Origin: Synergistaceae bacterium
Lineage (GTDB): Bacteria > Synergistota > Synergistia > Synergistales > Synergistaceae
Assembly (NCBI GenBank): GCA_031260185.1
Contig: JAIRKI010000008.1
Span: forward strand, 1-52,356
Length of the DNA: 52,356 nt
Direction of reading: 5' to 3'
This document shows, piece after piece, positions 7,555-16,243 of the stretch. Both the position numbers and the translations under genes were made by a program. The notes beneath the pieces are model-generated. The model did not search any database and was not told the DNA's origin. It was given only the letters and a program-made list of their open reading frames with translations. Positions within the stretch are counted from its first letter, which is position 1. Each line of letters begins with the position of its first letter.

Positions 7555-10500
7555 ATGCAAACTGTTTCGGCGTTGTGCAGACCTCGCGAGAGCGTATTTT
7601 CCGATACAACACGCGACGATGTGCTGAATCTCAGCGACTTGATCGAAGGCAAAATCGACGCCGCTAAATTCTTCGACGAGAACTTCAAAACGAAGGGGAT
7701 GGAAATCCTCTTTGAAACGGCTTTCAGGAGATTCTCTGGCAAATCCGAAACGGGCGTCATCAAATTGACGCAGGCTATGGGCGGCGGCAAGACTCACAAT
7801 ATGCTGGCCCTGGCTCTGCTTGCCCAATACCCGGAGTTGCGCCAAAAGATAATAGGCGGTGAATTCAGTAATATCGGAGATGTCAAAGTTGTCGCGTTTT
7901 CAGGACGCGAAAGCGACGCGAACTTAGGAATCTGGGGTAGTATCGCTGAGCAACTGGGCATGAAAGAATTCTTCGCGGATCATTACGCGCCGCTCAAAGC
8001 TCCCGGAGAAAGCGCGTGGGTCAATCTGCTCAAAGGCAGGATGGCGCTCATACTGCTAGACGAACTGCCGCCTTATTTAGTGAACGCGAAGTCCATCACC
8101 GTAGGTAACTCTGACCTCTGCTCGGTGACGGTTACCGCGCTCTCCAACCTGTTCACCGCGATAGGCAAAGGAGAACTCGCGAACGTATGCCTTGTATTTT
8201 CCGACCTTAGGGCGACATATGAAGCGGGGAGTCAGTTGCTCTCGTCGAGCTTCAAAGAACTCGAGAACGAAGCGAACCGCGCCGCGTTGAACTTAGAGCC
8301 GGTCGCGCTGAATACCGACGAGGTTTATGACATTCTCCGCAAAAGGCTCTTCGCGGAATGCGCATCGTCCGCTTCGATAGCGGTCAACGAGATTGCCGCG
8401 GCTTATAAAGAAGCTCTCGCCGGCGCCGGCAGATCCGGCCTGACAGGTTATACGGGCGATTCCGTTTTCCTCGGAATCAAGGATTCTTATCCGTTTCACC
8501 CGTCCATTAAAGAGATCTACGCCCGTTTTAAGGAAAACCAGGGATTCCAGCAGACGCGCGGCCTCATCAGGCTGATGCGCCAAGTGGTGCGGAATTTTTT
8601 TGAGAGCGGTCACGCGGAGAAGAAAAATCTCATCAACGTATCCAACATCGATCTGAACGACCGTGGGATATTAGCTCTCATCAAGCAAATAAAACCCTCG
8701 CTTGAAGCCGCGATCAGCCACGATATAGCGCAGGGCGGCAAATCCGTCGCGGAAGTCATTGACGAGCAGAACGGCGAAAAGAAAGAGAAGTACGCTCAGG
8801 ACGTCGCGAGGCTCCTGCTTATGTCGTCGCTCAATGACACGCCAAACGGCGTAATGGGCCTGACCGAATCCGACGCCCTGGGTTTTCTGTGCAAACCGGG
8901 CGTTGACCTCAACAGTCACAGGAAAGCTCTCGACGAGATCGTTTCGCGGTGCTGGTATCTTAAAACAGACAATCGCGGGCGTTTCTACTTCCAAAATACG
9001 AAAAATATGGTAGCGGAGATGAACACGCTCGTTGATTCCTATTCGGACGAGAGCGCGAAGAAAGAACTTCGTAAATTCCTGGAGGGCAATTTCGATCCGA
9101 AGCTGAAAAAATGTTACGAATCTCTTTACGTCCTTCCGGCTATCGACGAAATTCACATCGAGCAGAACAAGGTGTCGCTCGTCATCTTCGAACCGTTCAC
9201 AGGAACAGGGCTTCACCCCGACTTGCGGAATTTCTATGAAAACTGCGCGTACAAGAATCGCGTCCTGTTCCTGTCCGGTCAGCGCAACGTGATGGAAAAA
9301 CTTTACGCCAACTCAAAGCGGCTTGCCGCTATTCGGCATATTATCGCCAATATGAGGAACGAGCACGTTCCCGAAACCGACCAGCAGTACAAGGAAGCGG
9401 AAAATCAGCACGACAAGGCTACTGCCGCGCTTTTACAGACCATACGGGAAACGTTTATCACTATTTACCATCCATCCAAGACAGGGTTGTCCCGCGAGGA
9501 TTTCAAGTTAGAGTTCAAGGAGAATAAGTTCAACGGCGAGGAACAGATTATCGCCGCGCTCAAGGGAGCGATGAAGTTCGAGGATTTTTCCTCCGAGGAC
9601 AATTTCATCGATTCACTCAGGAAAAAGGCCGAAGCGCGTATCTTCACGCAAAAGGAAATTCCGTGGAGTACGATTTCAGAGCGGGCGGCAACGGAAACAT
9701 CATGGCAATGGTATCATCCCAAACAGATGGACGAGCTTCGGAAGAAGTGCCTTGCCAATGGCGCGTGGCGGGAAATCGGCGGCTACATCGTCAAAGGCCC
9801 GTTCAAAAAGGAGCCGACCGACGTAGCCATAGAGCAGATGGACTACAACGAACAGACGGGCGAGTTTACCCTGAAAGTCAAACCCGTGCGCGGCAACAGC
9901 GTCTATTACGACATCGGCGCGGAACCGACGAAAGCGTCAAGCAAAGTCGAACAGCAGACGCTCGTCATTAAAGAACCCTCCGCGTACTTCGTATGCTGTG
10001 ACACGGATGGCGGCGAAAATCCCCATCCTACGGGCAAGGCGAAAAAATGGCTCGGCAAAGCTCCGCTTCGGCGCGAGCAGCGGCAAAACGCGAACGGCAA
10101 CAACGTACTGGAGTTGAAAACCCACAAGGCGTATGAAATCCGCTACACGACCGACGGTTCTAACCCAAAAGAGAGCGGAGGGCTGTACAGCGGCGAAATC
10201 GTACTGCCTCCCGGCTGCAAATTCGTCCGCGTGGCGGCGTACTGTAAGGACGAACTCGTCGCCGACGAGAGTATCCCCGTCGCCGCCGGACCCGGAAAAA
10301 AGAAAGTCGAAATCGACGATGCCAAATCGCTCGAATACACGCTGTCTTCGCAGAAGAAATGCGGCGACACCGAACTTGCTTACGCGGAGTTCGCGAAACT
10401 GAAACAGATAGCGGGGACGTTTATCCGGCAGTTTACCGTGACCATCAGCGAAAAGGGCAATCCCGACAACTACATGGAAATCACCACGGCCAAAGTTTCT

Positions 10501-10689
10501 TGGGATACGGGTAACTTGCAATCAATGGTGGACCTTATTCGCGAAACCGCTTTCGCGGGAAAAGAAGCCGAGGTTGAATTCGAATACAAAACGATTCAGT
10601 TTAACACAGGGATGGCGTTCAAACAGTGGGTCGAGGCGAACAAACTTGACGCCGGCGAGCTGAGTACAAAGGGAACCGTTAAGCAATAG
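7555..10689 (+). CDS. DUF499-type P-loop ATPase (defence locus component)
   Basis: Walker A in KLTQAMGGGKTHNMLALALL and Walker B-like LILLDELPPY. 1044 aa. Synteny with DUF3780 and DUF1156 genes. Confidence 0.7.
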   Translation: MQTVSALCRPRESVFSDTTRDDVLNLSDLIEGKIDAAKFFDENFKTKGMEILFETAFRRFSGKSETGVIKLTQAMGGGKTHNMLALALLAQYPELRQKIIGGEFSNIGDVKVVAFSGRESDANLGIWGSIAEQLGMKEFFADHYAPLKAPGESAWVNLLKGRMALILLDELPPYLVNAKSITVGNSDLCSVTVTALSNLFTAIGKGELANVCLVFSDLRATYEAGSQLLSSSFKELENEANRAALNLEPVALNTDEVYDILRKRLFAECASSASIAVNEIAAAYKEALAGAGRSGLTGYTGDSVFLGIKDSYPFHPSIKEIYARFKENQGFQQTRGLIRLMRQVVRNFFESGHAEKKNLINVSNIDLNDRGILALIKQIKPSLEAAISHDIAQGGKSVAEVIDEQNGEKKEKYAQDVARLLLMSSLNDTPNGVMGLTESDALGFLCKPGVDLNSHRKALDEIVSRCWYLKTDNRGRFYFQNTKNMVAEMNTLVDSYSDESAKKELRKFLEGNFDPKLKKCYESLYVLPAIDEIHIEQNKVSLVIFEPFTGTGLHPDLRNFYENCAYKNRVLFLSGQRNVMEKLYANSKRLAAIRHIIANMRNEHVPETDQQYKEAENQHDKATAALLQTIRETFITIYHPSKTGLSREDFKLEFKENKFNGEEQIIAALKGAMKFEDFSSEDNFIDSLRKKAEARIFTQKEIPWSTISERAATETSWQWYHPKQMDELRKKCLANGAWREIGGYIVKGPFKKEPTDVAIEQMDYNEQTGEFTLKVKPVRGNSVYYDIGAEPTKASSKVEQQTLVIKEPSAYFVCCDTDGGENPHPTGKAKKWLGKAPLRREQRQNANGNNVLELKTHKAYEIRYTTDGSNPKESGGLYSGEIVLPPGCKFVRVAAYCKDELVADESIPVAAGPGKKKVEIDDAKSLEYTLSSQKKCGDTELAYAEFAKLKQIAGTFIRQFTVTISEKGNPDNYMEITTAKVSWDTGNLQSMVDLIRETAFAGKEAEVEFEYKTIQFNTGMAFKQWVEANKLDAGELSTKGTVKQ

Positions 10690-10708
10690 TAGCTGGAGAT
10701 TGGAAAAG

Positions 10709-11272
10709 ATGGCGAAAAGGATAACTTACGGTTTCGGCGTAGACCCGGCGCAAAGCGCGAACCACTTTTTCGTGCTGATACGTCCGAAAACTATTGAAGA
10801 GACGACCACGCCGCCGATACGGATTTTCGAACGTTATTCCTGGACGGACGGAGATGAGCAAATTCTGAATGACGCCGACGTACTGAGGCTTGAAATATCC
10901 AAACACAAATGGACCGAAGTCAAAACGGCCCTGACGATGGAATTCAACGCCCGTTTGAAAAAAGAGGGTTTGAAAACCGGCAAATTTGCCATAAATGGTG
11001 GCACGCCCGTCGAGCGGTTGTTCGGAAAAGAACTGATGGTGTTACTTTGGGCTATCGAGGACAGCGATCCTTCTTTGATTTCCCCTGCCGTTCGAAACTG
11101 GAAAGGGCTTATGCCGGAGGAGCGTTGGTGGCTTTATACGATGACCAACGCCGCGACGGGCGGCCTGACCGACCGAAAGGGCTGGCGCAAGGCCTTGCGA
11201 TATGCCTTGTGCGAGAACCCGGTGGTGGAAAGGCCCCGACAGCTGCCGCTGTTCGACATGGAGGAGGCATGA
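10709..11272 (+). CDS. DUF3780-like small protein of the DUF499/DUF1156 locus
   Basis: 187 aa in the canonical position between the DUF499 and DUF1156 genes. GGAG RBS 10 nt upstream of the ATG at 10709. Family call rests on context and size, not on a motif. Confidence 0.45.
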   Translation: MAKRITYGFGVDPAQSANHFFVLIRPKTIEETTTPPIRIFERYSWTDGDEQILNDADVLRLEISKHKWTEVKTALTMEFNARLKKEGLKTGKFAINGGTPVERLFGKELMVLLWAIEDSDPSLISPAVRNWKGLMPEERWWLYTMTNAATGGLTDRKGWRKALRYALCENPVVERPRQLPLFDMEEA

Positions 11273-11592
11273 ATATGCTCACTCATAAGGATATATGCAA
11301 GGCGGTCGGCAATTCCGCGCTGAAATATAAAATAAAAAACGCTTATTATTTCGGCTCATACGCTAAAGGGACACAGACCGACGACAGCGATTTGGATCTG
11401 CTGGTGGAGTTTGAACCCGCGGCAACGCTGCTTACTCTCGCGGGGTTGATAGGTGATTTGGAAGATACCCTGCGTAAAGAAGTGGATGTCGTTATTCTTC
11501 CGTTAGAAAAGGACAGTCATTTGATTTTGGAAAGGGTGGTGAAGTGCTATGCCGATAAACAGAAACAGGCAAATCATAACGCGAATGTTTGA
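11269..11592 (+). CDS. mntA: MNT-type nucleotidyltransferase antitoxin
   Basis: GSYAKGTQTDDSDLDLLVEF matches GS-x10-DxD of minimal nucleotidyltransferases. The start overlaps the DUF3780 stop (ATGA). Confidence 0.85.
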   Translation: MNMLTHKDICKAVGNSALKYKIKNAYYFGSYAKGTQTDDSDLDLLVEFEPAATLLTLAGLIGDLEDTLRKEVDVVILPLEKDSHLILERVVKCYADKQKQANHNANV

Positions 11593-11995
11593 AGAAGCGA
11601 GTCATATTCCAGAGATGATATTCGGTTTGGATTATAACGCTTTCATGAATGACACTACAAAAAAATACGCCATTTGCATGGTGCTGGTCAATGTCGGCGA
11701 GCTGGCAAACAAATTGTCGGACGATTTCAGAAACGAACATAGCGCTCTTCCGTTGGCGCAAATGCGAAAGACCAGAAACGTTATTGCCCATGATTATGAT
11801 CAGATAAAATGGCCGCTCATCCGGGGAATCGCGACACAGGATGTCCCTGTGCTGCTGCCGGAACTGGAGCGAATATTGAAAGAATATGAAGCAAAGGAAG
11901 GGCCCTTTGATTTTGAGTCGAATCATAATAATAACTTGCGTTTGATCGCCAGGGCAGACAAAACGTTCGATGATGACAGCGAAAACGTGAAATGA
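11549..11995 (+). CDS. hepT: HepT (DUF86, HEPN) RNase toxin
   Basis: Rx4H HEPN motif RNVIAHDY. Overlaps the MNT gene (alternative start at 11585). The stop overlaps the methylase start (ATGA at 11992-11995). Confidence 0.8.
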   Translation: MPINRNRQIITRMFEEASHIPEMIFGLDYNAFMNDTTKKYAICMVLVNVGELANKLSDDFRNEHSALPLAQMRKTRNVIAHDYDQIKWPLIRGIATQDVPVLLPELERILKEYEAKEGPFDFESNHNNNLRLIARADKTFDDDSENVK

Positions 11996-14799
11996 CGATT
12001 TCTTTTATTGAGCGTCAATTCCCCGTTTCGAAGCTCTCCAAAGAGAGCTACAAGGAGCGGAAAGCCGGGGCAAGTCAGACCCTTACAGGGCTTGGCAAGT
12101 GGTGGGGACGCAAGCCGCTCGTGCTTGTCCGCGCCGCTATTTTGGGTTGCCTCATGCCCGCGTCGGACAACCCACGCCGAGATATGGAAATTTTCCTGAA
12201 AATAATGTCCATGGATGACGGCGGGCTGTGGCTCCGCCATAAAGCCTTGGAGAATAAAAGCGACAATTACTGGTGTGAACGGGAGAAAGAACTCTACCGT
12301 GATTTCAACAGGCTCGGCTACGACGAAAAACTGAAAACCTGCGTCCGCCCGGAACAGTTCGAGCGTCCCCCCGACGACCACGCGTGGAACGAGATAAATC
12401 ATCACTTGGGCACTCACGCTTATAACCTGCGAGGCCTCACGCGGCAGCTCTCCGAAAAACGCTTCGGTCAGAACGCCGTTGTCGGCGATTGCTTCTGCGG
12501 CGGCGGCTCCATTCCCTTCGAGGCGGCGCGCATGGGGCTTGACGTTTACGCGTCAGACCTGAACCCCATCGCCGGATTGCTGACGTGGGCGGCGATCAAC
12601 ATCTGCGGCGCGAGCGACGCTGAGATAGAAGGAATAAAGAAATTTCAGCGGGAAGTCTATGACGCGGTGGACAAAGAGATAACCGAACTCGGCATAGAGC
12701 ATAACGAGAAAGGCGAACGCGCTGTATCGTACATCTATTGCGTGGAAGCAATTTGTCCGGAGTGCGGGACAAAAGTCCCTATGGCGCCGTCGTGGGTTAT
12801 CGGCAAAGGGACGAAAACAATTGCCCAACTTGTTGAGGACAATGGGAATTATGATATTCGAGTAAAAATGAACGCGACCGCCGCCGAAATGAAGCAAGCC
12901 GAAAACGGAACGGTAACGTCAAAGGGTCTTGCTTGCCCGCGTTGCGGAAAGACCACCCCGATTGGCGTCCTGCGCCGCGACCGAAAGGATGAGAACGGCA
13001 ATACCGTCTATGGCCTGCGCCGTTGGGAAAAACACGAGTTTGAACCGCGTCCCGGCGACATTTTTCAAGAGCGGTTGTACGCCGTTCGTTATGAACACGA
13101 ATATGCGGAAAACGGCAAAAAGAAAACCAAACGTTACTACCGCGCCCCCAGCGAACGCGACTTGCAAAACGAAGAAAAGGTACGCGAAATTGTCGCCGAA
13201 AATATCGTCAAATGGCAGGAACAGGGCCTTGTGCCGAGCATGGAGATTGAACCGGGAGATAAAACGACCGAGCTTATACGTAATCGCGGCTGGGCGTACT
13301 GGCACCAGTTGTTCAACGCGCGGCAGTTGCTGGTGTTGAGCAGGTTTGCGGAACAGGCAAATAGCGCAAACTCTTTACTGAATCAGATCGCAAGTTTACT
13401 TTGTGTTTATAGGCACGTCGGTTGGACTTCGCGGCTTTGTATTTGGGACGTTTCTCGTGATGAATCCAAAAATACGCTTATGAATCAGGCATTGAACACA
13501 TTATTTAATTACGGTTCAAGAAGCGTTACGATGTGCAGTTCGTGTTGGAATACGAAATACAACCAATACCGCAAAATGACCGACACAAGCGTTATTTTAA
13601 CAGATGCCCGCAATATAACGCATAACGCCAATATCTGGCTCACCGACCCGCCTTACGCCGACGCGGTGAACTACCACGAACTCTCCGAGTTTTTTCTCGC
13701 GTGGGACAAGCGGCTGCTGAAAGAGGCCTTCCCCGGCTGGTACGCGGACAGCAAGCGCGTCCTGGCCGTTCGCGGGGGCGAAAACTTCGCGCAGAGCATG
13801 ATCGACATATACTCCAACCTCACCGCGCATATGCCGGACGACGGAATGCAAATCGTGATGTTCACGCACTCCGACCCGGCTGTGTGGGCGCAGCTCGCGT
13901 TGATAATGTGGAAGGCGGGGCTGAAAGTCACCGCCGCGTGGAACGTCGCCACCGAGACGGACGCGAGCGGCCTAAAAGACGGTAACTACGTCAAGGGCAC
14001 CGTGCTGCTCGTGCTTCGCAAGCGCACAGGCGCGAGTGAGGCGTTTCTCGACGAGATCAACTCGGACATCAAGAATGAGGTCAAGAGCCAGATCGAGAGT
14101 ATGCAGACGCTCGACGACAAAGAAGACCCGAATTTCTCCGACCCGGACTACGTGCTGGCCGCCTACGCGGCCTCGCTGAAAGTGCTGACGAGTTACGGCG
14201 CGATCGGCGAAATCGATTTGGACTACGAACTTGACCGCGCCATATACAAACCGGCGGAATCGAAGGTCGTCGCTCTGATCGAACGTGCCAAGAAGCAGGC
14301 GTATGACTGCGTAATCCCGAAGGGCTTCGACAGTTTCCTGTGGAAAGATCTGACCCCCGCCGAGCGGTTCTACGTCAAGGGCCTGGAGAGCGAGAAAAAC
14401 GGCGGCTATCAGATTTCGACGTATCAGGAGTACGCGAGGGGCTTTGCGTTGTCCGGTTACGGCCAGCTCATGGCAAACGAGCGGGCGAACACCTGCCGCC
14501 TGAAGACGCCATCCGAGTTCGCGATGCGGACGGTGGGCGACGCGCCTGGATTCGAGGACTCCACCCTTCGGCTCGTCCTGGCTGCGATCCACATCGCGCT
14601 GAAAGAGGACGAGCAGCCTGTCAAGGGCTTGTACCACCTGAAAAGCAACCTGCGGGATTATTGGGGCAGCCGCGACATGGTAAAACAACTGCTCGCGTTC
14701 CTGAAAGACACGCGGGACATATCGAATATGCCCCACTGGAAAGAAGCCGCTCAAATGGCGGAACATCTGTACGTGCTGGTGGATAACGACCATGTGTGA
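11992..14799 (+). CDS. DUF1156-type DNA methyltransferase with zinc ribbon (COG1743-like)
   Basis: N-terminus FIERQFPVSKLSKESYKERKAG...GLGKWWGRKP, CPECG...CPRCG zinc ribbon, and catalytic TDPPYAD motif. Confidence 0.8.
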   Translation: MTISFIERQFPVSKLSKESYKERKAGASQTLTGLGKWWGRKPLVLVRAAILGCLMPASDNPRRDMEIFLKIMSMDDGGLWLRHKALENKSDNYWCEREKELYRDFNRLGYDEKLKTCVRPEQFERPPDDHAWNEINHHLGTHAYNLRGLTRQLSEKRFGQNAVVGDCFCGGGSIPFEAARMGLDVYASDLNPIAGLLTWAAINICGASDAEIEGIKKFQREVYDAVDKEITELGIEHNEKGERAVSYIYCVEAICPECGTKVPMAPSWVIGKGTKTIAQLVEDNGNYDIRVKMNATAAEMKQAENGTVTSKGLACPRCGKTTPIGVLRRDRKDENGNTVYGLRRWEKHEFEPRPGDIFQERLYAVRYEHEYAENGKKKTKRYYRAPSERDLQNEEKVREIVAENIVKWQEQGLVPSMEIEPGDKTTELIRNRGWAYWHQLFNARQLLVLSRFAEQANSANSLLNQIASLLCVYRHVGWTSRLCIWDVSRDESKNTLMNQALNTLFNYGSRSVTMCSSCWNTKYNQYRKMTDTSVILTDARNITHNANIWLTDPPYADAVNYHELSEFFLAWDKRLLKEAFPGWYADSKRVLAVRGGENFAQSMIDIYSNLTAHMPDDGMQIVMFTHSDPAVWAQLALIMWKAGLKVTAAWNVATETDASGLKDGNYVKGTVLLVLRKRTGASEAFLDEINSDIKNEVKSQIESMQTLDDKEDPNFSDPDYVLAAYAASLKVLTSYGAIGEIDLDYELDRAIYKPAESKVVALIERAKKQAYDCVIPKGFDSFLWKDLTPAERFYVKGLESEKNGGYQISTYQEYARGFALSGYGQLMANERANTCRLKTPSEFAMRTVGDAPGFEDSTLRLVLAAIHIALKEDEQPVKGLYHLKSNLRDYWGSRDMVKQLLAFLKDTRDISNMPHWKEAAQMAEHLYVLVDNDHV

Positions 14800-14821
14800 A
14801 TATCCTCAGATGGACAGGGTT

Positions 14822-14838
14822 ATTGTGACTATCACAAT
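14822..14838. promoter_or_regulatory. Perfect 7-3-7 palindrome ATTGTGA-CTA-TCACAAT in the only true intergenic gap of island 1
   Basis: Read directly. Lies 20 nt upstream of the ATG at 14858, just 5' of the AAGGTGA RBS. Confidence 0.4.
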
Positions 14839-14857
14839 TTAAGAAGGTGAAATTGAG

Positions 14858-16243
14858 ATGCGGGAGAAATGCCAATCGCCGTCGTCGCAGTCGTTTTTTA
14901 AGATTCATGTAGAAGATTTCGGGAAAATTGCCAAAGCGGACATCGAATTGTCTCCTCTTACGCTGTTTATCGGAGACAACAACAGCGGCAAGAGTTATTT
15001 GCTCACATTGATTTACGGCTTGCTGAGCAAACCGTTTTTCGATTTGTTTCGACAAAATAAGGATTTTATATCCAAGCGTTTCATACCGATGATTGAGGAT
15101 GGATTGTCCGGCAAAACGGAACGATACCGCTTTAGTCCCGACGATTTCGGTCTTTTGGAACGCACGGTAAATGACATTTTGGAAAGGGATAAAAAAATAT
15201 TTATAGAACGGATTTTCAACAAAAAAATCCCGATAGGAAAGCTGGCGGTCGAATTTTGTCCGCCGTTTCCGGAAATCGACCTTTGCTTCGACGCCGTGGC
15301 GAACGATGGGGAGATGAGTTATCTGCGCCTGGAAACGCGGCCGAAAAAATGCTGTTATTCAAGGCTGATTAATACTTCGAGATTTATGGACGGCATAGAC
15401 AGGAAATCTCTTGTTGCATTGATGGTGAGCGCGATAATCAGAACTTTACTCGCGATGGATCGCCCCGCGTATCTGCCCGCGTCGAGGACGGGGTTTCTAT
15501 TGGCTTTCAAATCTCTGGTCGGAGGTTCGATAGAAAAAGCGTTCGGCATCGCCGGCGCTGTTAACGCCGCGGGAAACGCCGATAAACTGACGGTTCCGGT
15601 CATCGATTTCCTAAAAATGCTCGCCGCGTTTTCAACAGACGAGGAATCGCGTCACATAGATTATCGCGCGCGGACTGCGGAGTTCGTCGAAAATAAAATT
15701 CTGGACGGCAAAATCATAGTGACTAAAACCCCCGTGCCGGATTACATGTATTTGCCTCTGGGGTTTTCGGAATCTTTGCCGATGTTCGTTTCCTCCGGGG
15801 TCGTTACCGAAACTTTGCCGCTGTGGCTGGTTCTAAACAAACCCGGGATAAACTGCCTGATGATCGAGGAGCCGGAGACGGGCCTGCATCCCGCGCTTCA
15901 AAAGGAAATCGCGCGCGCGCTCGCTAAAATCGCGAACCTCCATTTTCCGGTCATCGCTTCGACACACAGCGACATCATTCTTCAGCATGTCAATAATATG
16001 ACGCGCCTCAAAAAACGCCCTGACCGCGAACAAGTGATGTCGAAACTTGAATACGGCGAAGATGATCGGCTGGGCTCGGAGCGCGTTGCCGTTTATCAGT
16101 TTGACGCAAGCGATGGCGGGACAACCGTGACGAAGATCGAATACGATGAAGAGCGGGGTTTTGCCGCTCCGACGTTTATCGACGCGCTCGGCGGGATACT
16201 GGACGAGACGATGGACATCGAATCGGAGGAGTTTTCCGGATGA
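14858..16243 (+). CDS. ABC/SMC-type ATPase (AAA_15/AAA_21-like), nested module 1
   Basis: Walker A GDNNSGKS, LPASRTG, Walker B LMIEEPETGLHP, H-loop ASTHSD. Confidence 0.8.
   Translation: MREKCQSPSSQSFFKIHVEDFGKIAKADIELSPLTLFIGDNNSGKSYLLTLIYGLLSKPFFDLFRQNKDFISKRFIPMIEDGLSGKTERYRFSPDDFGLLERTVNDILERDKKIFIERIFNKKIPIGKLAVEFCPPFPEIDLCFDAVANDGEMSYLRLETRPKKCCYSRLINTSRFMDGIDRKSLVALMVSAIIRTLLAMDRPAYLPASRTGFLLAFKSLVGGSIEKAFGIAGAVNAAGNADKLTVPVIDFLKMLAAFSTDEESRHIDYRARTAEFVENKILDGKIIVTKTPVPDYMYLPLGFSESLPMFVSSGVVTETLPLWLVLNKPGINCLMIEEPETGLHPALQKEIARALAKIANLHFPVIASTHSDIILQHVNNMTRLKKRPDREQVMSKLEYGEDDRLGSERVAVYQFDASDGGTTVTKIEYDEERGFAAPTFIDALGGILDETMDIESEEFSG

Noticed and set aside
5912-7612. 566-aa ORF on the minus strand
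   Set aside because: It is antisense to the well-supported RACo gene. The translation is Arg/Ala/Pro-rich low complexity, typical of antisense frames in high-GC DNA, and it has no recognisable domain or RBS.
10909-11268. N-terminal 120 codons of the 227-aa ORF 10909-11592
   Set aside because: This part overlaps the DUF3780 gene in another frame and is Arg/Gly-rich. Only the last 107 codons, from the ATG at 11269 (MNMLTHKD...), form the MNT nucleotidyltransferase.
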